Source: Vicugna vicugna (Eukaryota). From it: DNA of 64,000 bases. The stretch is taken from contig MU058687.1 in the NCBI GenBank assembly GCA_013265495.1, positions 434,001-498,000 on the forward strand, in the 5' to 3' direction. Within the stretch, counting starts at the first letter, position 1; the number at the start of each line of letters is the position of its first letter. The position numbers were made by a program, and so were the translations under genes. The notes under the pieces are model-generated. The model did not search any database, was not told where the DNA came from, and was given only the letters and a program-made list of their open reading frames with translations. Positions 1 through 11,400 of the stretch are shown piece after piece.

Positions 1-188
1 ATCTCACAGCTCGCAGGTATTAACGTGGAATTTAGGTGTGACTTAAATTCTTCTCTTTCCCATCTGCCTCTGTGAGCCCTATGAAGACCCAAGAAAATTT
101 CCACCATGCTTCATTCCTATGTATGTTTTTGTATTTTTATTATTTATGTAGTATATATCCACACATAATACATATTATAGTCCTGTTT

Positions 189-671
189 TGTTACGGAAAC
201 GACAGGCCAGCCAAGAAACAAGCACCACTCGGAGTGTTGGAGTACTCAAATGTATTACGCTGGTGGGCTCAGAGGGGCTTCTGCTCCGAAGCTCTGAGCA
301 CCTCCAAGACGTGCGCATGAGGTTTTATAGGGTAAAGTACAAGCTTGGGATATTTGGCCAATAGGCATGGAACAGCTTTAGCAGCATCATTATTACAAAA
401 ATGGAGGCAGGGAGGCAGCAAACCAACATTCCAAAGCCAGATATATCTCTTTGAAAATCCAGCTGGCTAGCAAAAAAAACATGAACAGCAAACCAACACT
501 AATTAACTTAGATTTACAAGTTAGTCCAGCAAGATTTACAAGCCAGCAGAACTCAGATCAGTATTCCGATACTTAGATTTGTGAGTTATCCTGCTAGCCC
601 AGCCCAGCCTCTCCTTCACATTGCTAGACTTGTGAGTTATCTTGTTAGACCAGCCCAGCTTTTCCTTCACA
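189..671 (-). mobile_element. solo LTR, ERV1-like
   Basis: TG...CA termini, 4-bp TSD GTTT (185-188 / 672-675), TATA-like CTATAAAA on the minus strand, internal ~48-bp direct repeat. Confidence 0.75.
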
Positions 672-1186
672 GTTTTATATTTTACGTTAGTAGTGTCATA
701 TTGTATATATCTTTTGCAACTTGTTTTTTAATACAACGTTATTTTTTGTGGTATACTTATAAAAATCACATGATTCAGTTTATTTTACAAAAATTTATAA
801 TGAGCATGCTTTATTTTTTCATTCATTCTTAGCTACCTTATAATATTCCATCAAATAAATAAACCAAAATGTTGTTCACATAACCCTGTGGGTTAATCAG
901 ACTCCATTTTTTCATTATTACAAGTAGACCTTCAGTAAATATTCTTGGGTATGTCTGCTTGTGCCCATGTTTGAGAGTTTCTCTAGAGTAGACACTTAGA
1001 AGTTAAATTACTGTATTATGAGGTATGCATAGTTTCAACCTCACAAGGGTTTAAATTGAAGTCCAAAGGGGTATACCAGTCTATACTGTCACAAGCAATG
1101 TATTACATTGAGTTCCTGTTTGTCTACATTTCTGTGAAAACTTGATATCGTACTTAGTAACTTTTGCTCAGTTTTATGGGTGGAAA

Positions 1187-1224
1187 TTGGAAGGCAGCTA
1201 TGCTTACCACTATACCACCAACAC
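1187..1224 (-). pseudogene. tailless retrocopy of the 5' half of tRNA-Gly(TCC)
   Basis: minus strand GTGTTGGTGGTATAGTGGTAAGCATAGCTGCCTTCCAA; 16-bp TSD at 1175-1190 / 1230-1245. Confidence 0.88.
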
Positions 1225-1333
1225 TGCACTATGGGTGGAAATTGGTATGTGGTTTTAATTTGTATCTTCCTGATTATTAGTCACTTGAGCATCTTTTATA
1301 TGTTCCTTCACCCATTTTTAAAATTTTTTTTAA

Positions 1334-1422
1334 ATGTTTGCTTCAGTACACATATTGGAGTGATGCAAAGCATGGCTTCTACGTAAGGATGACATGCAAA
1401 TTCATGAATCATTCCATAATTT
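1334..1422 (+). pseudogene. degenerate U6 snRNA pseudogene
   Basis: colinear with U6: GCTTC...CATATTGGA...AGCATGGC...AAGGATGACATGCAAATTCATGAA..TTCCATA; two internal deletions. Confidence 0.75.
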
Positions 1423-1712
1423 GTTTCAAATGCCACATTTTCGAGGAGACCCTTCCTCACTACCCTCTTTAAAATTAAAACCATCTCCCTTGTCTTATTT
1501 TCTTCATAATATTTATTAACTTCTGTCATACTATATGCATGTTACTTATGTATTTGTTTATTTTCTCTTCTCCTGATTAGAATGAAACCTCATAGAAGTA
1601 AAGAATTTGGGAGCCTTTTTAAATTGTTGAATGTTATATCTCCAGCACCTTATTATGGGCTTGGCACATAGTAGACACTCATTAAAATATTTCTGCATAC
1701 ATGAATGAGTGA
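1423..1712. mobile_element. L2 3'-end fragment
   Basis: typical L2 tail: tagaatg...tatctccagcacct...ggcacatagtagacactc...atgaatgagtga. Confidence 0.65.
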
Positions 1713-2335
1713 CTTGTGACTGCACAGATGCTTTGAAAAAGTTAATAGCAATCAAAACAAGTACAAGATGATATTGGAAGCATATTAGAGAAATCAGACA
1801 ACTGAACATTAGTGTGGATTTTCTGTGTCTTATTAAATAAAGTGTAATTTTTTGTGCATTTTTTAACCTTCTTTCCAAGGCAACTGCCATTTTAAAAATT
1901 ACTCTGAATAGTAGGCATTATCAAAATTGTCTGCTATAAAATATTATTCTAAAGTAAGCCTTTAGTCCAATTATACAAATAATTTTCAAGATTCATTACA
2001 TAGAAGCTTTGTGGTTTGCATTAGCTAATTGATACTGGACTATACTTATTGCTATCACTTGTATTTCCAGATTTTCATCTGCCTTTGTGTATCAAAGGCC
2101 AGCATCTGGCTGTAGCAAAAACATAATTTTCTCACAATCATGGATACCCATTAAAACCAAAGAAACTACTTTGGAAGGAAGAAATAAAATAGATTCAATA
2201 TACCCTGGTTAACTAGCTCTCTTATAGTTTTTTTACGCATTATACTATATCCTAGAAATGCATTATTTACTTAAACTTTATTTAAACTGTTTATAGTCTT
2301 CATGTTAATTATAGAAATATTAGAAATGAAATGTG

Positions 2336-2421
2336 GGGGGTGGGTATAGCTCAGTAGTAGAGCACATGCTTAGCATGCAGGAGGTCCTGGATTCAATCCC
2401 CAGTATCTCCATTTAAAAAAA
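2336..2421 (+). mobile_element. tRNA-derived SINE (Vic-1-like), short form
   Basis: A box TAGCTCAGTAG, B box GATTCAATCC, poly(A); TSD AAATGAA(A/G)TGTG. Confidence 0.85.
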
Positions 2422-2739
2422 AAATGAAGTGTGTTTTAAAAATTATTATATCTTGGACAAAATTAGGAGATTTTCCTTAAGAGTGGGTTTTTGTGTTTAA
2501 GATTTTGTTCAACCAACACAAAATAAATCTCATATTTTATACCTGTCCTACATGACTTAGGGCTGTCTCAATTTATTTAAAAATTGTTTTGGTTTCTTTA
2601 AACTATTCTAAGATTATTTACAACAATATTTCACTTCTATATCTCAGATTCTATAACCATATCAAAGAGTTTTTAGTTTAAAAAGCTACTCAGGCTTCCT
2701 ACAAAAACATACCTGTATCCTTTGAGAAATTATTGATTT

Positions 2740-3860
2740 TAAGACTGGAGCAGGGAGAGTAAAAGATGAACTTAGACTATCTTATTGTGCCAGTAAGAAA
2801 GTAAAAATAATTAAAGGACACTGGAGGTAGCTTGAAGGGACTCCCACTGGCTAGATCTGGGACAATCAGAATAAAGAATGACAGTAATAGATTATAACTC
2901 ATTGAATAAAATAAGTCCATGAGTGCTTACAACTACTAGATAAATATATAGATTAATAAATAAGGGAGAAGGGAAAGCCTTTCCTTACAGTGGAATGCAG
3001 TAAATTATTAAATTTCCAAAGAATGATGAAATTAGAAAAATCACCATTTGGCATCAGAATTGTAATTGATTCAGTCAAGAATCCACGGTGGATGCCAAAA
3101 CAAGTGGGTGAAAGTTTGATGAGCAGAAGGATATTTGCATAAACTCAGACTATCTTCCCACAGATTACTTAATAATTTCAAAAGGCAAAATAGTAACTTT
3201 TAAGTGGAGAAACCTGGCAGACACAATCTTAACCAGTTGATTACAATGAACACCAATCACCTCATGGCATGGTGCAGTGAAAAGGACATTTCATCACCTA
3301 GGCAGTGTATGCTTGCCAAAAAGGCATAAACTCAATCATCTCATGAAGAAACATCAGACAAACTGAAACCTGGCCAGTAGTCTTCCAAAATGTTGATATC
3401 ATAAAAGAAACTGCTGAAGATTAAAGAGACTAGGATATATGAAAACTAAGTATAATGCACAATCAAGGATTATATCCTGGATAAGAAAAAGAAGTTACAA
3501 TGAAAGGACACCATTGGGACAATTGGTGGAAAAATTTAAATATGTACTATAGATTAAATAATAGTATTATATTTATGTTAAATGTCCTGATTTTGATCAT
3601 TGTACTATGATCAAACTCTTTTAAGAGATTGTCCTTTTTCTTAGGAAATACCTACTGAAATATTCAGGGGCAAAGGAATATGATGTCTTAAGCTTATTCT
3701 CACATGGTCCAGAAAAAACAATTTAAAATATCTATCACCTGTGTGCATGAAAATATTTATGTATTTAGATAGACCTATCATATAAGGAAAGCAAATGTGG
3801 CAAAATTGGATGTAGTCTATATAGGAATTCTTTGTACTCTTCTTGAAACTTTTCTTTAAA
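2740..3860 (+). mobile_element. old L1 (L1M) 3' UTR fragment
   Basis: L1M 3'-UTR-like motifs (gtggagaaacctggcagacac, tgattttgatcattgtact, gaattctttgtact); boundaries approximate. Confidence 0.6.
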
Positions 3861-3869
3861 AATTTACTC

Positions 3870-5094
3870 ATTTAAGAGAAATACAAATCAAAACTCTAAA
3901 TTAATCCCTTCACACCCATTAAGATGACTACTATCAGAAAAACAAAAAATAATAAGTGTTGGTGGGGATGCAGAGAAATAGGAATCCTTGTGCACTGTTG
4001 ATGGGAATGTAAAATGGTGCAACCAATATGGAAAACAGTACAGAGGTTCCTCAAAAAATTAAAGGTAGAATTTCATATGCTCCAACAATCTCACTATTGG
4101 GTAGATTTCCAAAAGAATTTAATGCAGGATCTTGAAGAGATAATTGCACATCCATGTTCTCGAAACGTTATTCACATAGTCAAAAGGTGGAAACAACCCA
4201 AATGTCTGTTGACAGATGAATGAATAAAGAACATGTGGTATATACATACAATGTCATATTACACAGCCTTAAGAAAGAAGGAAATCCTGTCATGTGCTAT
4301 AACATGGATGAACATTAGGGACATTATGCTAAGTAAAATAAGCTTGTTACAAAAGGCCAAATACTGTGTGATTCCACTCATGTGAAGTATCTGTGGCCAG
4401 GGAATGTTAACTGTTCCAGTAAACAAAGAATGTTGCCCAGGATTCTAGCTCTACAAAGATCAAGCCATCAGCCACTGCAGTGGCACTACCTCTGCCTGGA
4501 CTGCCTCCCCCATGGTGTGTCCTGAGGGGAATTCAGGATGGAAAAAAACAGGATACTGGCCCTAAAGAGTTAGGATGCATCTAAGGAATAATTTCAATGA
4601 ACCCACATCTTCCCATACATAGAAAAGCACTAAAATCATTAACCTGAGTGTCTGTTCCTTGTGACTAGTCATAATCTTTTGGTGTTTAACTACATGTTTT
4701 TTCCCAGGAAAAAAGTCCTAAATATCTTGTCTCCTCCCTTACCTCTTCTGAGCAGTTACTCAGGGCTATCTGAGAGACTGTTTCCTGGGATATAGCCCTC
4801 AGTTAAGATCCTGGAATAAACTTAATTTGCAACTTTTAGGTTGTGCAGTTTTTCTTCAGTAGATGTATCTGAAGTAGTCAAAATCATAGAAACAATGTAG
4901 AAAGCCTGGGGGAGGTAGGAGAAGGAATCAGTGTTTCATGAACAAAGAGTTTCAATTTTGTAAAGTGAAAAAGTTCCAGAGATTTGTTGCACGATAATGT
5001 GAATACATACTTAACACTACTGAACTGTACACTTAAAAATGGTTAAGATGGTGAATTTAATATTGTTTTTTACTATACACAGATAAAAAAAAAT
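3870..5094 (+). mobile_element. L1 ORF2 C-terminus and 3' UTR, interrupted by an LTR
   Basis: ORF2 remnant ([10 protein letters not shown]...KRWKQPKC); 3' end actgaactgtacacttaaaaatggttaagatgg followed by an A tail. Confidence 0.85.
4392..4864 (+). mobile_element. solo LTR nested in L1
   Basis: starts TG; AATAAA at 4815; flanking direct repeat GTATC (4387-4391 / 4865-4869); L1 resumes afterwards. Confidence 0.75.
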
Positions 5095-5300
5095 TTACGC
5101 TGGCAATTCTGATGATAGCCAAGTTTTGAAAACTGGCAATAGCAGATTAACATATGGATTATATCCTCTCTCCTCTTCCCACCTTACTCTGCCTCTCCAC
5201 CACTACTGGTTTTAGTATCATGTCAAAACTAGGCTACTTAATTAAGGTGGGACATAGAGAAATTTCTTTACCTTCTTGACTCTATTTCCATTTTCTACAG

Positions 5301-5366
5301 ATTGAAAAATTGAAACAGCAATTGAATGAAACAAAGGAAAAAGCCCAAGAGGAGAAGGAAAAATTG
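5301..5366 (+). CDS. BBOF1: BBOF1 (basal body orientation factor 1 / CCDC176) coding exon 3
   Basis: ttttctacag|ATT...TTG|gtgagt; 66 nt, IEKLKQQLNETKEKAQEEKEKL; coiled-coil, in phase with the next exon. Confidence 0.9.
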
Positions 5367-6794
5367 GTGAGTATATATATTGTCCCTTCACTTCCTAGTG
5401 GTCAGGTTTCTGGCAAGTTCAGATATTTAAGATACAAGGGAAAAAAGTGAATAGGTCTTCTGAGCAGCTCAGTGACCTTAAAACTCACACACTTGATTGT
5501 ACAGAAGCTCAAAAATAACATAAAATTATGTTACTGTAGAAAACCATCTGTAGTAGTGGCACTTACTTATCTTGGGTTCTACAGCTTTTCAGTGGACAGA
5601 GCCAGGAAATATATAATATATAAAAAATACATTTAAAGATTAAAATATATCATGAGCCCATACTAATACTTTAAATTCAGATGCAGTAGAACAGGATTTT
5701 TACTTAACTTTGTCTGTGTCTCCTTTCTCCCTCACCCAAAATCCTAATTCTTAATGATACCAGTATAATTGTGTGTTTTCTTCAAACCTCAATACATAAA
5801 TAGGCATAGAGCACTAATATTAACACTACTAACAACACAGATTAGTGGATACAGTGTAAGATTTTAGGGGCCACTTCCCCCCTTAGGTTATGTACCAACA
5901 GGGATCTACAATCAAATTAACAAGATTTAAAAACCATTTGACACATTTCCTTTCTGTGAGATTATGCCACCAACTCAACAACACATTTTGCTTTTGATTT
6001 TTAGATGTTGCTTTAAAAAATTTATTGTGCATGTAAAATCATGTAATTACTTAATTATAATTATGTGAAACATTTATGTGGGTCAAGTCTATCAAACATG
6101 GTATATTCTGAGAACTCTAACTTCTGTCTATGTCTTTGCAATATACTATACTGTCAAAATGGATTTTTGTCAACATGATAGGTGAGAAATGGTATTTTAG
6201 TGTACTTCAGTTTGCATTTCTCTTACTATGCGCTAGGTTGAGCATTTTTAAAATGAGTTTGAGGGTCAGTTGCATTTCTTTTGATATCTCTTGTTCATTT
6301 TTAAATTGTGGTATTGGCCTTTTTTTTCTCTGCTTCCCTCTTTTTTTTTTTCCTCCTTTCCCTCTGCTTCTCTTCCCTTTCTCCTCCTCTTTTTTCTTCT
6401 ACTCCATCTTCCCCCCTTCCTTCCTCTTTCTCCCACCTTCTTCTTTATTTATTTATTGGAGATATGGGCCCTCCCTTTGTCTTAGTTTACTAATTTTAAT
6501 TTATGATTAGGGATTTATTTCTTTCCTACAGATTAAAGATTTGTTTAGTCTTCTCATACCTCTTTTTAATAAATACCTGCATTTTCTATGAGAGATCAGC
6601 TCATTTTAGAATTTCTTCCTTATTCAAGGCACTTGTTATCTTTTAACAAAAATTAAAACTATATACAAAAATAAAAAGGGAACATTTCTTCAAAGAAGAT
6701 AGACAAATGGCTTAAGGCTTCATATGGAACAGGACTCTGTGTGACCTCTGTTTTTTTCTTAACTCATTTACCTGTTTTTTTTTTTCATATACAG

Positions 6795-6938
6795 GAACAA
6801 AAATATACTGTGCAAATAAATGAGCTGGAGGGACAGTTCCATCAAAAAGCCAAAGAAATTGGAATGATTCAGACAGAGCTCAAAACAATAAAACAATTCC
6901 AGAAGAGAAAAATCCAAGTGGAGAAAGAATTAGATGAT
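6795..6938 (+). CDS. BBOF1: BBOF1 coding exon 4
   Basis: catatacag|GAA...GAT|gtaaat; 144 nt, EQKYTVQINELEGQFHQKAKEIGMIQTELKTIKQFQKRKIQVEKELDD. Confidence 0.93.
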
Positions 6939-7658
6939 GTAAATTTCTTTCTTTCTTTCTTTCTTTCTTTTTTTAAAGAAGATTAGTATTAACTACTTAT
7001 GTTTGCAAAAGCCTTCATAGACATTTACCCCTGTTAGATGGTAAAGGATTCCCTTTGACATTTTAGAGATTATTTGAGAGAAAAGGGGAAGATAACATTA
7101 GTGTAGGACTGGATGCAGAAATTCTTGATAGTTAGACAACTTTTTCCCCTAAGCATTCATTGATTTCTTTGTGAATTCACCAAATCTTAGCCAACACACC
7201 CTCCCACACTTATCAGCAGTTAAACCTTTGGAACTACAGCTGTGGAAAACATTAGGGGCAAAGCAGCAAAGTCCTAAAGGAAAATATGTTTAGACTGATG
7301 AATGATAATTTTAGAAAAGTTTAAAAGACACTCTGGGTGGGGGTGGATGGGATGAGGAAAACTGAGTTTTTCAGAAAGTTTCTCTGACCTTGCTATGTTC
7401 TTTCCATTCCCTCAGTTCAGAATATAGTTTTACTGCATTAATGACAATGCAATAAATGGCACAGATGAGGGCTGGGCACAAGTAGCTGAAATCAACTTTG
7501 TGACTTTGGACAAGTTACTTATCTTCTCTTTATCTAGGTTTCCTCATCAATAAAATGGGGATGATAAAAGCTACTGGTTCATAAGGTTGTTGTAAGATTA
7601 AACAGAGCTCATATATGTAAAGTGCTTAAAATAGTGTATGCCACATAGTGAGAATTAA

Positions 7659-7815
7659 CAGTGGTATGTGTCTGTCTACAAAAAAAGGTCCTGATTTGTA
7701 GCATTTGCTGATTTCCTTAGTGTAAATACTTATATTATGGCCAATTTCAAGCTACCAATGTTCTAACAATGTGCTAGCAAAATTCTTAGTCTCAGCCAGC
7801 TCTGACACAGAACTG
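7659..7815. mobile_element. MER63-like hAT DNA transposon relic
   Basis: cctgatttgtagcatttgctgatttc...tgtaaatact...ggccaatttcaagctaccaa; CAGTGGT start, ACTG end. Confidence 0.65.
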
Positions 7816-8043
7816 AATACTGCTACTATTATTAGTAATAGTGGTGATAGAAGTAGTATTGCCACCTAAGATAACCATACACCATGCAATGTAGGGGTTA
7901 AAGCTGGTGCTCTGAAGTCAGACTGCTAGAGCATAAATACTGTCTTCACTACTTGGATAGTTTGTTATGTTTCTCATCTATAACATGGAGGTGAGAATAA
8001 TAGTACCACCTCTGAAGGGTCATTGTGAAGAATAAATGACATA

Positions 8044-8438
8044 CCGTTTTCCCTTGCTATCTGAAAGTAGAGTGCTCCTATGAAATCTTTCCTAAGCCAA
8101 GGAAGCAATTACCTTAGGACACACCTTGCCAACGGATGCACAAAATAAATCTAGGTAAAGCACAGATGCTCACAGAGACAGTTCAAAGCTATGGCAGTTT
8201 GATGCTGAGTGTAGTTCCCGGGGGGATGAGCTTGGTGGTGCCACTCTCCTCGCTTCTGAGGGTGCCCACTGCCTCTATAACATGGCTCACTGCTGAACAC
8301 TATTTTTGCTTTTCACCTTTTTTTCCATAAAAATGAAAATTCTCTTTAGATTATTTTCAATTAGCGAAAACAGGTACTGATGTAGTTTTTTGTGAAACAG
8401 AGTGGTGTAAGCGAACTTTCAAAAAATGGGGATACCTG
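8044..8438. mobile_element. Tigger-like (Tc1/mariner) non-autonomous element inserted in a MIR
   Basis: TA on both sides; imperfect terminal inverted repeats CCGTTTTCCCTTGCTATCTGAAAGT and (reverse complement) CAGGTATCCCCATTTTTTGAAAGT. Confidence 0.7.
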
Positions 8439-8738
8439 TAGTCTGTTTTAAATGCTTAGCCTTGTGTGATAAATATTACCTGCTACTATTATTACTCCTG
8501 CTAATATTATGGTTATTACAATTAGTATTCTTTAAGGCCCTTCCACTATCCCTTTCAGTGCCTCTCACTCACAGTCACAGCACGTCTTCCAAGCTCACAG
8601 TATCTCTCAAGCTCTCCTCTGGCTACGCTGGGCCCTACTTAGCAAGAACAAACTTTGATGGGAAACTAGAGTTCCTGCATCCTATTTCTGTTTACCTTTA
8701 GCTAATTGCCAAATTGAAAAAAAAAAAAGAATAAGGTA

Positions 8739-9012
8739 TATATGACACAGGGAATCAGCCATATTTTATAACTGTAAATGAAGTATAACCTTTAAAAATT
8801 GTGAATCTTTATATTGTACACCTTAACTTATGTGATATTGTACATCAATTATACTTCAATTAAAAAAAGAGTGTCTTACTTAGCAACACTTAATGGAGTA
8901 TAACTGTAAAAATATTGAATCACTATGTTGTACACCTGAAACTAATATAATATTGTAAATCAGCTATACTTCAGTAAAAATAAATAGGAAAAAAAAGAAA
9001 AGAAAAAGAAAT
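8739..9012 (+). mobile_element. two tandem L1 3'-end fragments
   Basis: two copies of ...tgtacacct...atattgta.atca..tatacttca + A tail; outer direct repeat GAATAAGGTA. Confidence 0.75.
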
Positions 9013-10007
9013 GAATAAGGTAGATAATAAGATAATGTAGTGGTTGGGATCATGGACTTCATGTCCTGGCTCTGTAGCTGATAGCTGTGTAGCTTTGGAT
9101 AGTCTGATACCTTCTCTGAGTCTCAGATTTCTCATTTGTAAAATGTAGCTGTAACACCTGCTATCTCTTAGAGATGTTGTATGGATTAAATAATGTAATG
9201 TGTGTAAAATACTTAGCACATTTGCTCCTACTAATGCCTAGTAAGAGTAGTACCATAGTAGTTATTGATGTTTTGATTATTGTTATGATTATATAACTTT
9301 TGAAATCTTAATAGAGGACTCTTAAAAACTCTAATTAAAGGAATGACTTGGCACATTTCAGGCAAGGTGGGGATTGGGAAGACACTTTCTTAAACTGGAA
9401 GGAATGTGTTTTAACTCTTCTGATCATAATTGCACAGTTATAGCAAAACCTTCCCATGAGGCTGACTTTGTTCACAAGCATGATTACTCATTGCTTTACA
9501 ACTGTTCTTACAACTGTTTTAACATTATTCTTAATTCCTGTAGCTCACCATTATATAAACAGTATTTTCTGGGGGATTCTTTCTTCCTATGAGTTTTAAG
9601 GCCTTTAAAGTCCTCAAAATACTAGTTATGTAACTATCTTCCCTAGTTATTTTTTATTTGTATTGTTATGTAATCTTTGTAAACTAAGAATAGAAAAGAG
9701 CCAAATCACCTACTTTGTATGTACTTGTCACTCCTCACTAGTCCCTAGACTAGTATTTAATAATAAAACTTGCTAAATGAGTGATACAAGACAACCATAA
9801 AATTAAAACCTCCCATGGAATTTATAGGATCTTAGAGCTGGAAGAAACTTTAGGGCCCATTTAAGCCATTCTACAGATGAGAAAGACAGAGACACAAAGG
9901 TGTTAAGTGACTTACATGGAAAGCTGTAGAGCTGGTAGCAAAATCCCAGTGTCCCGAATCCCTGTCCAGTAGCTTTAGTCTTGATCCTTCTAACTACTTT
10001 TTCACCT

Positions 10008-10553
10008 GTATTAGTTACCTATTACTGCAGAACAAATTACCCCCCAATCTACTGGCTTAAAACAATAATAAACATTTGTTAAAAGCACAGTTTCCATGGA
10101 ATTTGGGAATTCAGGAGTGGTTTAGCTGGCGGTTCTGGCCTAGGGTCTCTCATGAAGTTGCAGTCAAGATATCAGCCAGAGTTGCAGTCACGTACAGGCT
10201 TGATTACAGCTTGAGGATCTGCTTCTAAGGTGCCAACTCACATAGCTATCAAGTCGGTGTGATAATTACTTGGAGGCCTCAGCTTCTTCCCACATGGACT
10301 TCTTAAGCTGCTTGAGTGTCTTAACAACTTGGTTGTGAAGATGACTTTACCCAGAGTGAGTAGTAATCCAAGAGAAAGCCTGACTGAAGCTATCCTTTTC
10401 TTGACCTCGCCTTGGAAATCATATAGCATTACTTCTGTCATATTCTATTAGTTAGAAGTGAATCCCTAAGTCTGACCCACATTCTAAGGGTGGGTTCCAT
10501 CATTTGAAGGGAGGGCTGTCAAAGAAGATATGGACAGATTTTAAATCCACCAC
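10008..10553. mobile_element. MLT1 (MaLR) LTR
   Basis: tgtattagtt...aacaaattaccc...ggcttaaaacaa...ttaaatccaccaca, typical MLT1 termini. Confidence 0.75.
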
Positions 10554-10944
10554 ACCACTACAGTCCTAATTACACACTATTGCAGGAATAATCTGAAAAT
10601 ATCAGTTCTGATGATGTTCTGCTCACCTCTCTCAAGAAATGTCTTTATATTTCTCAACAGAATATTGTCCAGACACCTTAGAGTGAAAATCAAGACCCTA
10701 CGCCTGCTTTGGAATATAGTATTTCCTTTTCCTATACTTTCCCTTACATAACCCCTTTAATCCACCCAATCTGGATACTCCCTGAAGTCTTTTCTGCCTT
10801 TCTCATGTTTACACTGTTTCTTCTATCTGGAATATACTCCTGATAGAATGCTGTCCATTAAATTTTACTTTTTCTTCAAAGCCTTGGCACAAATTCATGT
10901 TATCCATAAGGATTTCCCCACAGTCCTGTTTAAAAGTAATAATT

Positions 10945-11400
10945 TTCTTCCTGCTATTTGTGACAACTCAGATGAAACTTAAGGGCATTATACTAAGTGA
11001 AATAAGTCAGAGAGAAAAAGACAAATACTGTATGATATAATTTACATGTAGAATCTTAAAAAAACTGAACTCAGAGTGGTGGTTACCTGAGCTGGGGGGA
11101 GGGGGGAAATGGGGAAATGTAGGTCAAAGGGTACAAACTTCCAGTTATAAGATTGACAAGTTCTTGGGAATCTATTGTACAGTATGGTGATTATAACTGA
11201 TAATACTGTATTATATACTTGAAAGTTGCTCAGAGAGTAGCTCTTAAATGTTCTCATCACAAAAAAGAAATGGTAATTTTGTGACATGATGGAAGTGTTA
11301 GCTAATGCTACAGTAGTAATCATTTTGCAATATTTAGGTGTATCAAATCAACACACTGTTCACAATATCAGATATTAATTAAGCTGGAAAAAAGTGAAAA
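10945..11400 (+). mobile_element. L1 3' end (L1MA-like)
   Basis: ctaagtgaaataagtcag...gacaaatactgtatgat...gggtacaaacttccagttataag...atcaaatcaacac. Confidence 0.8.

Noticed and set aside
2336..2410. Functional tRNA gene (same for the other five SINE heads)
   Set aside because: A tails, TSDs and broken stems show these are SINE copies.
4014..4223. 69-aa ORF as an independent gene
   Set aside because: It is a decayed L1 ORF2 C-terminal remnant.
6130..6510. Phe/Leu/Ser-rich membrane-like ORFs
   Set aside because: Translation of a CT-rich low-complexity tract and antisense L1 sequence.
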